Below are positions 1 through 9,761 of a stretch of 64,000 bases of DNA, in pieces. The stretch lies in the NCBI RefSeq assembly GCF_018001015.1, contig NZ_JAGNIV010000015.1. One strand, 5' to 3'. Made by a program: the position numbers and the translations under genes. The DNA is from Phenylobacterium sp. (GTDB lineage Bacteria > Pseudomonadota > Alphaproteobacteria > Caulobacterales > Caulobacteraceae). The number at the start of each line of letters is the position of its first letter. The first letter of the stretch is position 1. Below the pieces are notes generated by a model that ran no database searches, was not told the origin of the DNA, and was given only the letters and a program-made list of their open reading frames with translations.

Positions 1-1
1 G

Positions 2-256
2 GTGGGCGTGGTCCCACGCCGCATTGCCGCCACCGGCGCCTGCGAGACCCTGCGGGTGATGGAGCGATGGACCGACACCGCCGGCGCCCCGGTCTTCGAG
101 AGCGCCACCACCAGCTTCCGCGCCGCCTCCGGCGAGCCTGTCACCCCGCCCGTCCAGGTCGGGGAAGTGGTGTTCGAGACCGCACCGGGTCTTGGTCCCG
201 CCGACGCCATCGCCCTGCTGGCCCACGGGGTGTCGTGGCGTTCGGCCCGGCGATGA
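2..256 (+). CDS. 3' end of an unidentified protein (partial, start outside window)
   Basis: Open frame runs in from the window edge. Its TGA (254-256) overlaps the ATG at 253 of the next gene (ATGA coupling). No recognisable domain. Confidence 0.4.
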   Translation: MGVVPRRIAATGACETLRVMERWTDTAGAPVFESATTSFRAASGEPVTPPVQVGEVVFETAPGLGPADAIALLAHGVSWRSARR

Positions 257-1467
257 GCCCCGTCGCCACCGCTCGCCGCCTCTGGCGCGGCCTGGTCCCC
301 GAGAGCCTGCGCCGCGCCGCCCAGCCGGTGCTGGCCCGGGCGCTCTCGGCCTATGTCCGATCCTCGGCCCGCGCGCCCCATGCCGCCGACACCGTGGGCG
401 GACCGATCCGGGTGGTGGGCTATTTCGAGGGCTCACACGGCATCGCCGCCTCGGCCCGCCTGGCCGTCCGCGCCTTCGAGGCGCTTGGCGTTCCGGTGGA
501 GACCCTCGACGTCTCCGCCGCCCGGCTGGACTGGATCGGCAAGGCCGGGCCCGCCCCCAGCCCCGGCCCCTGGATCTTCCACCTCAATGCGCCTGAGCTG
601 CTGGCCGCGCTGGCCTATCTCGGCCCCAAGCGCGTGCTGGGCCCCCGATACGGATACTGGGCCTGGGAGTTGCCCAAGGCGCCCGATCTCTGGCTGAAGG
701 ACGCGGCCCTGGTGGACGGGATCTGGGCGCCCAGCGCCTACACAGCCCAGGCCCTGGCCGGCGCGGCCGCTCCGGTGCGGGTGGTGCCCCACCCGCTGTT
801 TCTGGAGGACTATCGCGACGTCGTCCCCACCCGCGGACCGGCCGATTTCCTCGCCGTCAGCCTGTTCGACTTCAACTCGGCGGCGGCCCGCAAGAACCCG
901 GAGGGCGTGATCGCGGCCTTCGCCCAGGCCTTTGGCGACGACCCGAACGTCCGCCTACTGATGAAGACTCAGAACGGCCACATCTTCCCCGACCATCTGG
1001 CCCGCCTGCGCCGCCTGGCGCCCGCCAATGTCACCCTTGAGGATGCGGTCTGGCCCTATGAGCGGGTGAAGAGCCTGATCGCCGGCGCCGACGTGCTGAT
1101 CTCCCTGCACCGCGCCGAGGGTTTCGGACTGACCCCGGCCGAGGCCATGGCGCTGGGAACGCCCGTGATCGCCACCGGCTGGTCGGGCAATCTGGACTTC
1201 ATGGATGCAGGCAGCGCCCTGTTGATCCCCTTCCACCCGATTCCGGTGCGCGACAGCCAGGGCATCTATGCCGGCCAGACCTGGGCCGAGCCCGACACCG
1301 CCGCCGCCGCCGAGGCCCTGCGGCGTCTGCGCACCACCCCGGAGCTTGGCCGCCGTCTGGCGGAGAACGGTCGCCGCATGGTGGCCGAGCGGCTCTCGCC
1401 CCAGGCCTGGTTCACGACCTTGCCCGACGAGGTGAAGCGCGCCGCCATGGCGGCGATCCGGGGCTAG
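253..1467 (+). CDS. Glycosyltransferase, group 1 (GT4-like)
   Basis: C-terminal motif EGFGLTPAEAMALGTPVIATGWSGNLDFM is typical of Glycos_transf_1. Internal ATG at 253 chosen (MSPVATARR...) because the upstream part of the tracked ORF is Arg/Pro-rich junk overlapping the previous gene. Confidence 0.85.
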   Translation: MSPVATARRLWRGLVPESLRRAAQPVLARALSAYVRSSARAPHAADTVGGPIRVVGYFEGSHGIAASARLAVRAFEALGVPVETLDVSAARLDWIGKAGPAPSPGPWIFHLNAPELLAALAYLGPKRVLGPRYGYWAWELPKAPDLWLKDAALVDGIWAPSAYTAQALAGAAAPVRVVPHPLFLEDYRDVVPTRGPADFLAVSLFDFNSAAARKNPEGVIAAFAQAFGDDPNVRLLMKTQNGHIFPDHLARLRRLAPANVTLEDAVWPYERVKSLIAGADVLISLHRAEGFGLTPAEAMALGTPVIATGWSGNLDFMDAGSALLIPFHPIPVRDSQGIYAGQTWAEPDTAAAAEALRRLRTTPELGRRLAENGRRMVAERLSPQAWFTTLPDEVKRAAMAAIRG

Positions 1468-2654
1468 TCCTTCACCGGCTTGCCCACGCTCATCAGGGCG
1501 AAGACCGCCACCGCCCCCACCAGCACCACCGGGACCATCGACTGGAACACCTGGCCGGCGCTGTAGCCCGCGCCCCGCAGTTCGCCGGCGATCAGCGGAC
1601 CGGCGATCGACCCCAGCCGCCCGACGGCGATGGCCGCGCCCGCGCCCGCCGCCCGGACCTGGGCCGGGTAGTAGATCGGCGCGAGCGCATAGAGCACGTA
1701 GAGCCCCCCCACCACGGTGAAGCCGGCGGCGGCGGCGAAGCCGTAGATGGCCGGCAGGGCCGTGGCCTGGGCCAGGCCATACATGGCGGCGGCCAGCACC
1801 AGGAACACCGCCAGCAGCGGCCAGCGGAACCCGATCCTGTCGGCCAGCCAGCCCAGCATCAGGGCGCCCATCACGCTGAAGGCGTTGAACCATAGCGACG
1901 CCGCGGCCCCGTCGGCGGCGGTGAAACCCTTGGCCACCACCAGGGTCGGCAGCCAGTTGAGCAGCAGGTAGGTGACCAGCAGATCCAGGCCGAACACCAC
2001 CCAGATCAGGAAGGTGGTGAGCGCCCGGCGCTCTGAAAACAGGCCCCGCGCCAGCCCGCGGTCGGCGTCGGGATCATGGTCGGGCCGGGTCTCGGGCAGC
2101 AGCCACAGCACCACGGGGACGAGCAACAGCGGCAGGGCGCCGCCGATCAGGAAGATGGTTCGCCAGTCCAGGGCGTCGCCGGCGTTGCTGGCCAGCAGCG
2201 ACACCAGCGCCCCACCGGCCGGCAGGCCGCAGAACATGCTGGTGGTGGTGGCCGCCCGCTTGGACGGGGTGCTGATCTCGGTGGCGATGGCGATCAGGTT
2301 GGGCATGGCCCCGCCGAAGCCGATGCCGGTGAGCAGCCGGGCCAGGGTCAGGGTCTCGAAACTGTTGGCGAAGGCGGTGGCCACCGAGAACACCCCGAAG
2401 GCCGCCACCGAGACCGCCAGGACCGGCCTGCGTCCCACCCGGTCGGCGAACCACCCGCCGGTCAGCGCGCCCATCACCAGGCCGATCATGGCCGCGCTGC
2501 CGGCCCAGCCCATCTGCGCCGGATTGAGCCCCAGCTCCGGCGCCATGTGCGGCGCCGAGACCCCGAAGGCCTGGATGTCATAGCCCTCCAAGGCCGCGAT
2601 GCAGAAGCAGATGGCGACGATGAAGCCCGGACTGAGACGCTTGGTGGCGGTCAT
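1464..2654 (-). CDS. MFS transporter, aromatic-acid/H+ symporter-like (PcaK/MhpT-like)
   Basis: About 12 predicted TM helices. N-terminal EGYDIQAFGVSAPHM...GGWFADRVGRRPVL resembles the MFS motif A region of AAHS-family carriers. Start taken at MTATKRL. Confidence 0.85.
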   Translation of the reverse strand: MTATKRLSPGFIVAICFCIAALEGYDIQAFGVSAPHMAPELGLNPAQMGWAGSAAMIGLVMGALTGGWFADRVGRRPVLAVSVAAFGVFSVATAFANSFETLTLARLLTGIGFGGAMPNLIAIATEISTPSKRAATTTSMFCGLPAGGALVSLLASNAGDALDWRTIFLIGGALPLLLVPVVLWLLPETRPDHDPDADRGLARGLFSERRALTTFLIWVVFGLDLLVTYLLLNWLPTLVVAKGFTAADGAAASLWFNAFSVMGALMLGWLADRIGFRWPLLAVFLVLAAAMYGLAQATALPAIYGFAAAAGFTVVGGLYVLYALAPIYYPAQVRAAGAGAAIAVGRLGSIAGPLIAGELRGAGYSAGQVFQSMVPVVLVGAVAVFALMSVGKPVKD

Positions 2655-3016
2655 GGCCGATTTCCCTGCGATTGTTCCCCGAGCGCAGAAGGCCTCAAGC
2701 TCTCGTTCCACGCCAGTGGAGAAGTTGGCCGCCGGCCTCGATACTCGGGGACAGGGCGGCCCATGCGCAGAAGCGGTCTCTTCCGCCGCCGCCGGTCTTT
2801 TAATGCGTCGCGGACTGTTTTGCGCGCGGGGGGATCAGGCCGTCGCCTTGCGATGGAGCTTGGTCGCTCTTGATCGGGAATCGCTTCTGGACCGCCCTGT
2901 GGCGATCACCTCGCAGAGGTGGCCGAAGCGGCGGGGGGGCCGCTCCGGCCTTGAAGCACGACGGGATGGTGGAGCCCATCGCCGCGCTCCAAAACCCTGG
3001 GATAGGTCCGTGGCCG

Positions 3017-3184
3017 CTATTGCGGCATCGCGGTTCCGACCTTGTCGAAGGTGCCGGCGACCTTTCCCCCCAGCACGGAGATGGAGGAGATGAGGACGAC
3101 CGCGATCAATGCGGCGATCAGGCCATACTCGATGGCCGTGGCGCCGGACTCATCGGCGATGAAGCTCTTCAGGAACTGGGTCAT
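3017..3184 (-). CDS. flp: Flp-family type IVb pilin
   Basis: 55 aa MTQFLKSFIADESGATAIEYGLIAALIAVVLI... carries the Flp G/ATAIEYGLI processing motif and hydrophobic helix. ATG at 3184. Confidence 0.85.
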   Translation of the reverse strand: MTQFLKSFIADESGATAIEYGLIAALIAVVLISSISVLGGKVAGTFDKVGTAMPQ

Positions 3185-3381
3185 GCACACCTTTCCCTTT
3201 CTGGGAGCGCCAGCGGACCCATGCCCGCGACACCAAGGCGCAGCTTGCTCCCTTCGGGTTGAAGCAAGCCTTTCCAAGCACCCTTAAATGGCGAGTAATG
3301 ATATCCCTTCGACTTGCCGTCTTAACGGCTTCGAAGGCCTGCGCCGCCTAGAATGAAGGCCGAACAGGAAAGGGAGCCGCC

Positions 3382-3774
3382 ATGGCGACCCGCACGTCCA
3401 GCTTCCACAGGCACGCGATCGATCACTTCGAGCCGCAGGACACCAGCGACGACCCCCACGCCCAGCGGCGCATGCGCGGTCATCTTGAGCAGATCGACTA
3501 CACGGCCTTCGCCTCCAACAAGGAGGTGATCGGCGCGGTGCTCGGCCACGCCGACAGTCAGAAATTCCAGCGGATGGCCGTGGCCGCCGCCATGGCCCGG
3601 GCCCAATGGGTCAAGGAGGCCCTGGCCTTGAGCGAGGCGATCAACCCCAGCCATGAACAGGTCAGCCGGCTGGGCCGCCTGCGCCAGGCCTATGAGGAAT
3701 TGGCCGAGGCCTATGAAGCCATGCGCCGCATGGTGGAACGCGGCTACCTCCCCTACCGGGCGCCGGCGACCTAG
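3382..3774 (+). CDS. Hypothetical protein (130 aa), helical
   Basis: Clean ORF with protein-like composition, directly upstream of the FliK-like gene. No domain recognised. Confidence 0.55.
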   Translation: MATRTSSFHRHAIDHFEPQDTSDDPHAQRRMRGHLEQIDYTAFASNKEVIGAVLGHADSQKFQRMAVAAAMARAQWVKEALALSEAINPSHEQVSRLGRLRQAYEELAEAYEAMRRMVERGYLPYRAPAT

Positions 3775-3876
3775 CCGGCGGGGCGGGCCCCTAGCTGGCG
3801 GCGCGGCGCCGACACGCCTTAAGGACCGCTTCACCCCGCCGCCCTAGAATCAGACCGTGTCCAGACAGGCCGCGCC

Positions 3877-4986
3877 ATGAAGGTCGCCCCCCTGGGGACG
3901 ATCCCCACCGCCGCACAGGTGCCGGCGCTCACGCCCGTGCGCCCGGTCGCCCGGGTGCAGGGCGGCCAGCTGCTGCGCGAGATGCAGCGGGCGGTGGAGG
4001 CCGACGCGGTCGATTCGGCCCAGCCGGTCGAGGCGCTGGCCCGGGTCGCCGCGCCCAAGACCGCGGGCCAGCCGGGCCTCGCGCCGCTCCTCCCCCAGAC
4101 TCCGGCCCAGGCCATGGCCCAGGCCCTGCGCAGCGCCCTCACACGGCAGAGCGGCCTGGCGCCCCTGATGGCCGATCTCAGCCAGGCCCTGCGCGCCCAG
4201 GCCCTGTCGCCGCCGGCGCGGGCCGCGGCCCTGCAGATGCTGAGCCAGCTGATCCCGCTGGACCCCGCCGTGCGGGGCGCGGACATCAAACGGGCGTTGA
4301 AGACCTCCGGTCTGTTCCTGGAGGCCAACCTCGCCGCTGACCCCGAGACCTCGCCGCTCGGCGGCGATCTCAAGGCCGCCCTCCTGGTGCTGCGTCAGGC
4401 GCTTGGCCCCGCCACCCGCCGCCCGCCCGGCGCCACCCCTCCCCCGCCCTACGGCGGGGCGCCGACCTCGGCCCAGAAGGCGGCCCTGCCCAGCCTGTCC
4501 CTGGGCGCCGACCCCGGCGCCATCAGCGAGGCCCTGGCCGCCGAGACCCAGGGCGCGCTGGCCCATATCGACCTGCTGCAGATGGCCTCCCTGCCCGAGC
4601 CGGACCGGCCCGGTGAGCCCACCCGCTGGTGGTTCGAGACTCCGCTCCAGACCCCACAGGGCCCCGGCGTCGCCCAATTCGAGATCAGCCGCGACAGCCA
4701 GGGCCGCGCCCGCGATGAAGACCGCGAGCCCCTGTGGCGCGCCCGCTTCTCCGTCGACTTCGAGCCTGTCGGCCCGATCGACGCCCAGGTGGCCTTCGAG
4801 GCCGACCTGGCCCGCGTCAGCCTCTGGGTGCTGCGCGCCGACGCCGCCGAGCGCCTGCGCGCGGCTCAGCCGATGCTGGCCCGGGCGCTCGCCGCCGCCG
4901 GCCTGCAGCTGGAACTGGCCGTGCACTCCGGCCCGCCCCCCGCGCCGGCCACCACCGCCGGCCGCCTCCTGGATCAGTCGGCATGA
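3877..4986 (+). CDS. fliK: Flagellar hook-length control protein FliK-like
   Basis: Ala/Pro/Gln-rich N-terminal half. C-terminal WWFETPLQT...AQFEISRD...RARFSVDFEPVGPIDAQVAFEADLARVSLWV...LARALAAAGLQL resembles the Flg_hook (FliK C-terminal) domain. Followed by an FlhB-C-like gene. Confidence 0.7.
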   Translation: MKVAPLGTIPTAAQVPALTPVRPVARVQGGQLLREMQRAVEADAVDSAQPVEALARVAAPKTAGQPGLAPLLPQTPAQAMAQALRSALTRQSGLAPLMADLSQALRAQALSPPARAAALQMLSQLIPLDPAVRGADIKRALKTSGLFLEANLAADPETSPLGGDLKAALLVLRQALGPATRRPPGATPPPPYGGAPTSAQKAALPSLSLGADPGAISEALAAETQGALAHIDLLQMASLPEPDRPGEPTRWWFETPLQTPQGPGVAQFEISRDSQGRARDEDREPLWRARFSVDFEPVGPIDAQVAFEADLARVSLWVLRADAAERLRAAQPMLARALAAAGLQLELAVHSGPPPAPATTAGRLLDQSA

Positions 4987-5249
4987 GCAAGGACCGCCGC
5001 CTCGCCGTCGCCCTGCAGTACGACGCCCCCGGCGCACCCCGGGTGGTGGCCGCCGGCCGTGGCCTGGTGGGCGAGCGGATCATCGCCGCCGCGGAAGCCC
5101 ATGGCGTTCCACTGGAACACAATCCCCTGCTGGCCGAGGCGCTCTCCAAGGTCGAGATCGACAGCGAGATCCCGGAACGCCTGTTCGTGGCGGTGGCCGA
5201 GATCCTCGCCGTCCTGATGCGCGAGGGGCCTGGACGGGATTTCGAATAA
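4983..5249 (+). CDS. FlhB C-terminal-domain-like protein (EscU/YscU/HrcU family, stand-alone)
   Basis: 88 aa MSKDRRLAVALQYD...VVAAGRGLVGERIIAAAEAHGVPLEHNPLLAEAL...IPERLFVAVAEILA matches small FhlB/YlqH-type proteins. ATGA overlap with the fliK-like stop. Confidence 0.8.
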   Translation: MSKDRRLAVALQYDAPGAPRVVAAGRGLVGERIIAAAEAHGVPLEHNPLLAEALSKVEIDSEIPERLFVAVAEILAVLMREGPGRDFE

Positions 5250-5319
5250 TTTAAGATAGCGCCGTTATGTCGCAGTGGCGGTAACCCAATCGCCATCTCG
5301 ATCCGAGACCCTGCTGACC

Positions 5320-8300
5320 ATGATCGACTCCTCCGAGGCCGCGCGACTCAAGGCGCTAGACGAATACGGCGTGCTCGACAGCGCGCCCGAGGCGGCCTTC
5401 GACCGGCTGACAGCCCTCGCCGCCGATCTATTCGACGCCCCTATCGCCCTGGTTTCCCTGGTGGATGCCAAACGCCAGTGGTTCAAGTCCCGCCACGGTC
5501 TGGACGTAACTCAAACCCCGCGCTCCCAGGCTTTCTGCGCCCATGCCCTGCCCCTGGCGCCCGGCTCGACACTGGTGGTGCGGGACGCCACCCGCGACCC
5601 GCGTTTCCAGGCCAATCCCCTGGTCACCGGCGAGCTGGGCATCCGCTTCTATGCCGGCGCGCTGCTGACCGGCAGCGACGGCCAGAACCTGGGCACGCTG
5701 TGTGTCATCGACACCAAGGTTCGCCCCGCGCCGAACCCTAAAGACCTCCGACGTCTGCAGGTTCTGGCCAGCATCGTCGTCGATGAGCTGGAACTGCGCC
5801 GCGCCAAGCGCCTGGCCGAGGAGAACCAGCGGCTGGTAGCCATGGCGGAGCGGATGTCCGGGGTTGGCAATTGGCGATACCGGTCCGACACCGGGCACAT
5901 AACCTGGTCCGACGAAGTCTACCGGATCCATGGCGTGACGCGCGAAAGCTTCGATCCGGCCTACGCCGAGGCCGTCAACTTCTACATCGACGAGGATCGC
6001 GAGCGGGTCGATCAGGCTGTTGCCGAAGCGCTGCGCACCGGCGAAGGGTTCAATCTCGAGGGCCGCATCCGCTGCCCCGACGGCGCGCTGCGCGACGTGC
6101 TCTGCAAGGCCGAGAGCATTCGCGGCGGCCTGGGCGAGGTGATTGGCCTGTACGGCGTGTTCCAGGAGGTCACCAAGCAAAAGCAGGCCGTGCGCGACCT
6201 GGAGACGTTGGTCCGCCGCGCGGAAGCCGCCGAGTCTGTCGCCCACGTCGGCAACTGGCGGCTGGATGTCCGCACCCGTGAGCTGACCTGGTCGGCGCAG
6301 ATGTACGAGATCTACGGCCTGTCGCCAGACGCGCAGCTGACCCCCGCGGCGGTTCTCGCCCTCTATCACCCGGACGATGTCGCGCTCGGCGAGGCGCGGA
6401 TCGGCCGCCAACTCATCACCGGCGAGTCTGTCGAAGGCGCCGTCACCCGAATTCTCCGCGAAGGGGAGGTCCGCTACCTCTCCTACAATTCCCGCGGTGA
6501 GCGTGGATCGAATGGGGAGCTGTTGGCCCTGGTCGGCACCTCCGTGGACGTCACGCGCCAACACTTAGCCGAGCTCGCCGTGGCCGAGAGCGAGGCCAAG
6601 TATCGCGCCCTTGCTGAGCATTCGACTGACATCCTGGTGCGCTTCGGGCCCGATGGCCTGATCCGCTACATCTCACCGGCCTGTCGCAGCCTCGGTCTTG
6701 ATCCGGACGAAGAGGTGGGGCGTCACATCGCGAGGCTGATGGTCGCCGACGGCGGGCAAGATCCCGCAGTCCTCCTCACCGCCCTGTTCAGCGGCGCCGA
6801 AATCGACACGACGGCGCCCCGGCAACACAGGATTTTCGCTCAGGGTGGCCGTGAAGTCTGGCTGGAGGGAAGCCCCAGCCTCGTCCGCGACGCGAGGGGC
6901 GAGGTGGTGGAGGTCATCACCGTCCTGCGCGACATCACCGCCCGGCACGAGATCGAGGCGGCCCTGGCCCAGAGTGAGCGCCGCTTCCGCACCCTGACCA
7001 CCAACGCGCCGGACATGATCAGTGAGATGCGGCTGGACGGCACCCTGACCTATGTCTCGCCGGCCAGCCTGGCGATCCTTGGCTTCACGCCCGAGGAGAT
7101 GCTGGGTCGCACGCCCTTCTCCTTCATGCACCCCCAGGACGCGGCCCGGGTGCGGGAGATGTGCCGGATGGTCTTTGAGTCCGAGGGTCAGGTCGAACCC
7201 TGGTCGGTGGAGTACCGCGCCTATGACAAGGCGGGCCAGGAACGGTGGATGGAATCGAAGCCCACCTTCGTGACCCATCCGACCAGCGGACGCTTCTCGG
7301 GCCTCACGGACGTGATGCGCGACATCACCTCGCGCAAGGTGCTGGAGGCCGAGCTGCGCCAAGCCCAGGCCGAGGCCGAGGCCGCCGCCGCGGTCAAGAC
7401 GGAATTCCTGGCCAATATGAGCCACGAGTTGCGCACCCCGCTCACCAGCATCATCGGCTTCACCAGCCTGGCCGGCGAGCAGCCCGACCTGGCCCCCCTG
7501 ACCCGGACTTATGTCGAGCGGGTCGGCGACGCCAGCCGCGCCCTGCTGTGTACGGTCAACGACATCCTCGACTTCTCGAAGCTGGAGGCTGGCCAGGTGA
7601 CCTTCCAGGCCCAGCCGGTGTCCCTGACCAAGCTCTCCCAGGCGACGCTGGACCTGTTTACACCGCAAGCGGGCGCCAAGGACCTGGACCTCACCCTGGA
7701 CGGGGAGGCCGGCGACCTGACGCTGTCCATCGATCCCGACCGTATTCGCCAAATCCTGCTGAACCTGGTGGGCAATGCGGTGAAATTCACCCAGGCCGGC
7801 TGCGTCACCCTGCGCACCCGCTATGACCAGGGGACCCTGCGCGTCGAGGTGATCGACACGGGTGCGGGCATCCCCCCCGACAAGCTGAACCGCCTGTTCC
7901 AGCGCTTCTCCCAGGTCGACGGCGGCCTGACCCGAACGGGCGGCACCGGGCTAGGCCTGGCCATCTGCAAAGGTCTGGTGGAGGCCATGGGCGGAGAGAT
8001 CGGGGTCGATAGCGTGGTCGGCCAGGGGAGCCGCTTCTGGTTCACCCTCCCCGCCCCCCTGGCCGAAGCGCCGCAGATCGCGGCGGACGGCTCAGCCGCG
8101 ACCCAGCCGACCTTCGTCGGCGTCCGGGTGCTGGTGGCGGACGATCACCCCGCCAACCGCGAGCTTGCTCGTCTATTCCTGGCCGGCGTCGGGGCGGAGG
8201 TCACCGAGGCGTGCGACGGCGAGGAGGCGGTGACCCTGGCCGCCGAGCAACCCTTCGATGTCATCCTCATGGACATTCGCATGCCGCGCCTCGACGGCCC

Positions 8301-8514
8301 CGGCGCTCTGAACGCCATCCGCACGACGCCAGGCCCCAATGACGCCACCCCGATCCTGGCCTTCACCGCCGACGCCGAGAGCGACGATCGGCTGTTCGCC
8401 CTGGGCTTCCAGGATATCGTGGCCAAGCCGCTGCAGCCCGGAGCGCTGATCGCCGCGGTGGCCCGCGCCTCGGACTTTAGCCCCCAGCCCTGGAGTGCGG
8501 CCCTTGCAGGCTAG
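5320..8514 (+). CDS. Hybrid sensor histidine kinase (GAF - multiple PAS - HisKA - HATPase - REC)
   Basis: N-terminal GAF-like LKALDEYGVLDS...FCAHAL. Repeated PAS-like blocks. H-box FLANMSHELRTPL. N/G boxes LLNLVGNAVKF and DTGAGI...GGTGLGLAI. C-terminal receiver VLVADDHPANR...DVILMDIRMPRLDG. ATG at 5320 preferred; 5275 (non-ATG) is possible. Confidence 0.9.
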   Translation: MIDSSEAARLKALDEYGVLDSAPEAAFDRLTALAADLFDAPIALVSLVDAKRQWFKSRHGLDVTQTPRSQAFCAHALPLAPGSTLVVRDATRDPRFQANPLVTGELGIRFYAGALLTGSDGQNLGTLCVIDTKVRPAPNPKDLRRLQVLASIVVDELELRRAKRLAEENQRLVAMAERMSGVGNWRYRSDTGHITWSDEVYRIHGVTRESFDPAYAEAVNFYIDEDRERVDQAVAEALRTGEGFNLEGRIRCPDGALRDVLCKAESIRGGLGEVIGLYGVFQEVTKQKQAVRDLETLVRRAEAAESVAHVGNWRLDVRTRELTWSAQMYEIYGLSPDAQLTPAAVLALYHPDDVALGEARIGRQLITGESVEGAVTRILREGEVRYLSYNSRGERGSNGELLALVGTSVDVTRQHLAELAVAESEAKYRALAEHSTDILVRFGPDGLIRYISPACRSLGLDPDEEVGRHIARLMVADGGQDPAVLLTALFSGAEIDTTAPRQHRIFAQGGREVWLEGSPSLVRDARGEVVEVITVLRDITARHEIEAALAQSERRFRTLTTNAPDMISEMRLDGTLTYVSPASLAILGFTPEEMLGRTPFSFMHPQDAARVREMCRMVFESEGQVEPWSVEYRAYDKAGQERWMESKPTFVTHPTSGRFSGLTDVMRDITSRKVLEAELRQAQAEAEAAAAVKTEFLANMSHELRTPLTSIIGFTSLAGEQPDLAPLTRTYVERVGDASRALLCTVNDILDFSKLEAGQVTFQAQPVSLTKLSQATLDLFTPQAGAKDLDLTLDGEAGDLTLSIDPDRIRQILLNLVGNAVKFTQAGCVTLRTRYDQGTLRVEVIDTGAGIPPDKLNRLFQRFSQVDGGLTRTGGTGLGLAICKGLVEAMGGEIGVDSVVGQGSRFWFTLPAPLAEAPQIAADGSAATQPTFVGVRVLVADDHPANRELARLFLAGVGAEVTEACDGEEAVTLAAEQPFDVILMDIRMPRLDGPGALNAIRTTPGPNDATPILAFTADAESDDRLFALGFQDIVAKPLQPGALIAAVARASDFSPQPWSAALAG

Positions 8515-8926
8515 GCCCCGCATCCTGGTCGCAGAGGATGACGCCGGCGTCCGCGACGTGATCCGAACCCGCCTGGAGATGGCGGGCTACGAGACCCACA
8601 CCGCCCGCACCGGCGTCGAGGCCTTGAGGCGAGTTCACGAGCTCAAGCCTCAGGGCCTGGTCCTGGACATCAACATGCCCGAGTTGGACGGCTTTGGGGT
8701 GCTTACCGCCCTGAAGGCGCGACCGGAGCTCAAGTTCCCGCCAACCCTGATGCTCACCGCGCGCCACGCCCCCGACGACGTTCGCCGCGCCGTTGGACTG
8801 GGCGCCAAGGACTACCTGACCAAACCCTTCAGCGAGAGCCAACTGCTGGCCCGGGTCGCTCGCCTGCTGCGCCGGCCGATCCCACCGGCTCCCCAAGCGC
8901 CGGACGCCGACAGCATTATGATATAG
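8495..8926 (+). CDS. Single-domain response regulator (CheY-like receiver)
   Basis: ILVAEDDAGVRDVI...GLVLDINMPELDGFGVL...KDYLTKPF receiver motifs. GTG start overlaps the end of the hybrid kinase gene by 20 nt. Confidence 0.85.
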   Translation: MRPLQARPRILVAEDDAGVRDVIRTRLEMAGYETHTARTGVEALRRVHELKPQGLVLDINMPELDGFGVLTALKARPELKFPPTLMLTARHAPDDVRRAVGLGAKDYLTKPFSESQLLARVARLLRRPIPPAPQAPDADSIMI

Positions 8927-8976
8927 GCGCTCGGCAACGTCCGCCGCTCCCGCGCGTTTGGGCGCCCGGAGGCGCG

Positions 8977-9759
8977 ATGCGACTGTCGATTCAAGCCGAT
9001 CTGACCTACAGCTTCGAGCAGCCCTGCGAGGTTCTGCTGCTGCTGGAGGCCGCCCGCGCGCCCGACCAGGCCATCCATTCCGAGCGCCTGATCCTCACGC
9101 CCGCCGCCGAGATCGCCCGCCTGGACGACAGCGTCACCGGCGAGCGGCGCGCGGTGTTCACCGGCTACGGCGAGGTGGCCATCGCCTACACCGCGCAGGT
9201 CGAGCTGCTGGCCCGCGACGCCAACCTCAAGGGCGCCCGCGCCACCCAGGTCCGCGACCTCCCAGGCGAGGCCCTGCGTTATCTGCGCGCCAGCCGCTAC
9301 TGCCCGTCCGACCGCTTCGAGGCCTTCGTCGACAAGGAGTTCGGCAAGTTGCAGGGCGGCGACAAGGTCGCCGCCATCGCCGATTGGATCGGCGGACACC
9401 TGGCCTATGAGGCCGGCGTCAGCGACGCCATGACCACGGCGCTGGACACCTTCGTCGACCGCGCCGGGGTCTGCCGCGACTTCGCCCATCTGGCCATCAG
9501 CCTGTGCCGCGCCGCCGACATCCCGGCCCGCGCCGTCAGCGCCTATGCCTGGAAACTGGAGCCGCCGGACCTGCACGCCGTGGCAGAGGTCTATCTGGGC
9601 GGCCGCTGGCGGCTGATCGACGCCACGGGCCGGGCCCCCATCGACGGCCTGGTCCGCGTCGCCACCGGCCTGGACGCCGCCGACATCGCCTTCATGACCA
9701 TCTTCGGCAAGGCCGACCTGGTCAGCCAGAGGTTCGCCATCGAGAAGGCGAAGGGCTAG
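8977..9759 (+). CDS. Transglutaminase-like family protein
   Basis: Core GVCRDFAHLAISLCRAADIPARAVSAY...HAVAEVYLGGRWRLIDAT gives a Cys-His-Asp transglutaminase core pattern. Confidence 0.85.
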   Translation: MRLSIQADLTYSFEQPCEVLLLLEAARAPDQAIHSERLILTPAAEIARLDDSVTGERRAVFTGYGEVAIAYTAQVELLARDANLKGARATQVRDLPGEALRYLRASRYCPSDRFEAFVDKEFGKLQGGDKVAAIADWIGGHLAYEAGVSDAMTTALDTFVDRAGVCRDFAHLAISLCRAADIPARAVSAYAWKLEPPDLHAVAEVYLGGRWRLIDATGRAPIDGLVRVATGLDAADIAFMTIFGKADLVSQRFAIEKAKG

Positions 9760-9761
9760 CC

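Noticed and set aside
955-1893. Long antisense or alternate-frame ORFs throughout the track. Examples: 955..1893(-), 3850..5037(-), 5428..6564(-), 9756..11909(-), 18423..20243(-), 21725..22849(-), 27799..29061(+), 37888..39582(-), 41043..42533(-), 52456..53865(-), 54688..56469(+), 58479..59726(+), 59949..61157(+).
   Set aside because: They overlap strongly supported genes on the other strand or frame. Their translations are Arg/Gly/Pro/Ala-rich with no domains, the usual shadow ORFs of very GC-rich DNA.
5275-5319. Upstream non-ATG start for the hybrid histidine kinase.
   Set aside because: The ATG at 5320 gives MIDSSEAARLKALDEYGVLD, a natural N-terminus for the GAF-type domain. The 15 extra codons have no support, although they cannot be excluded.
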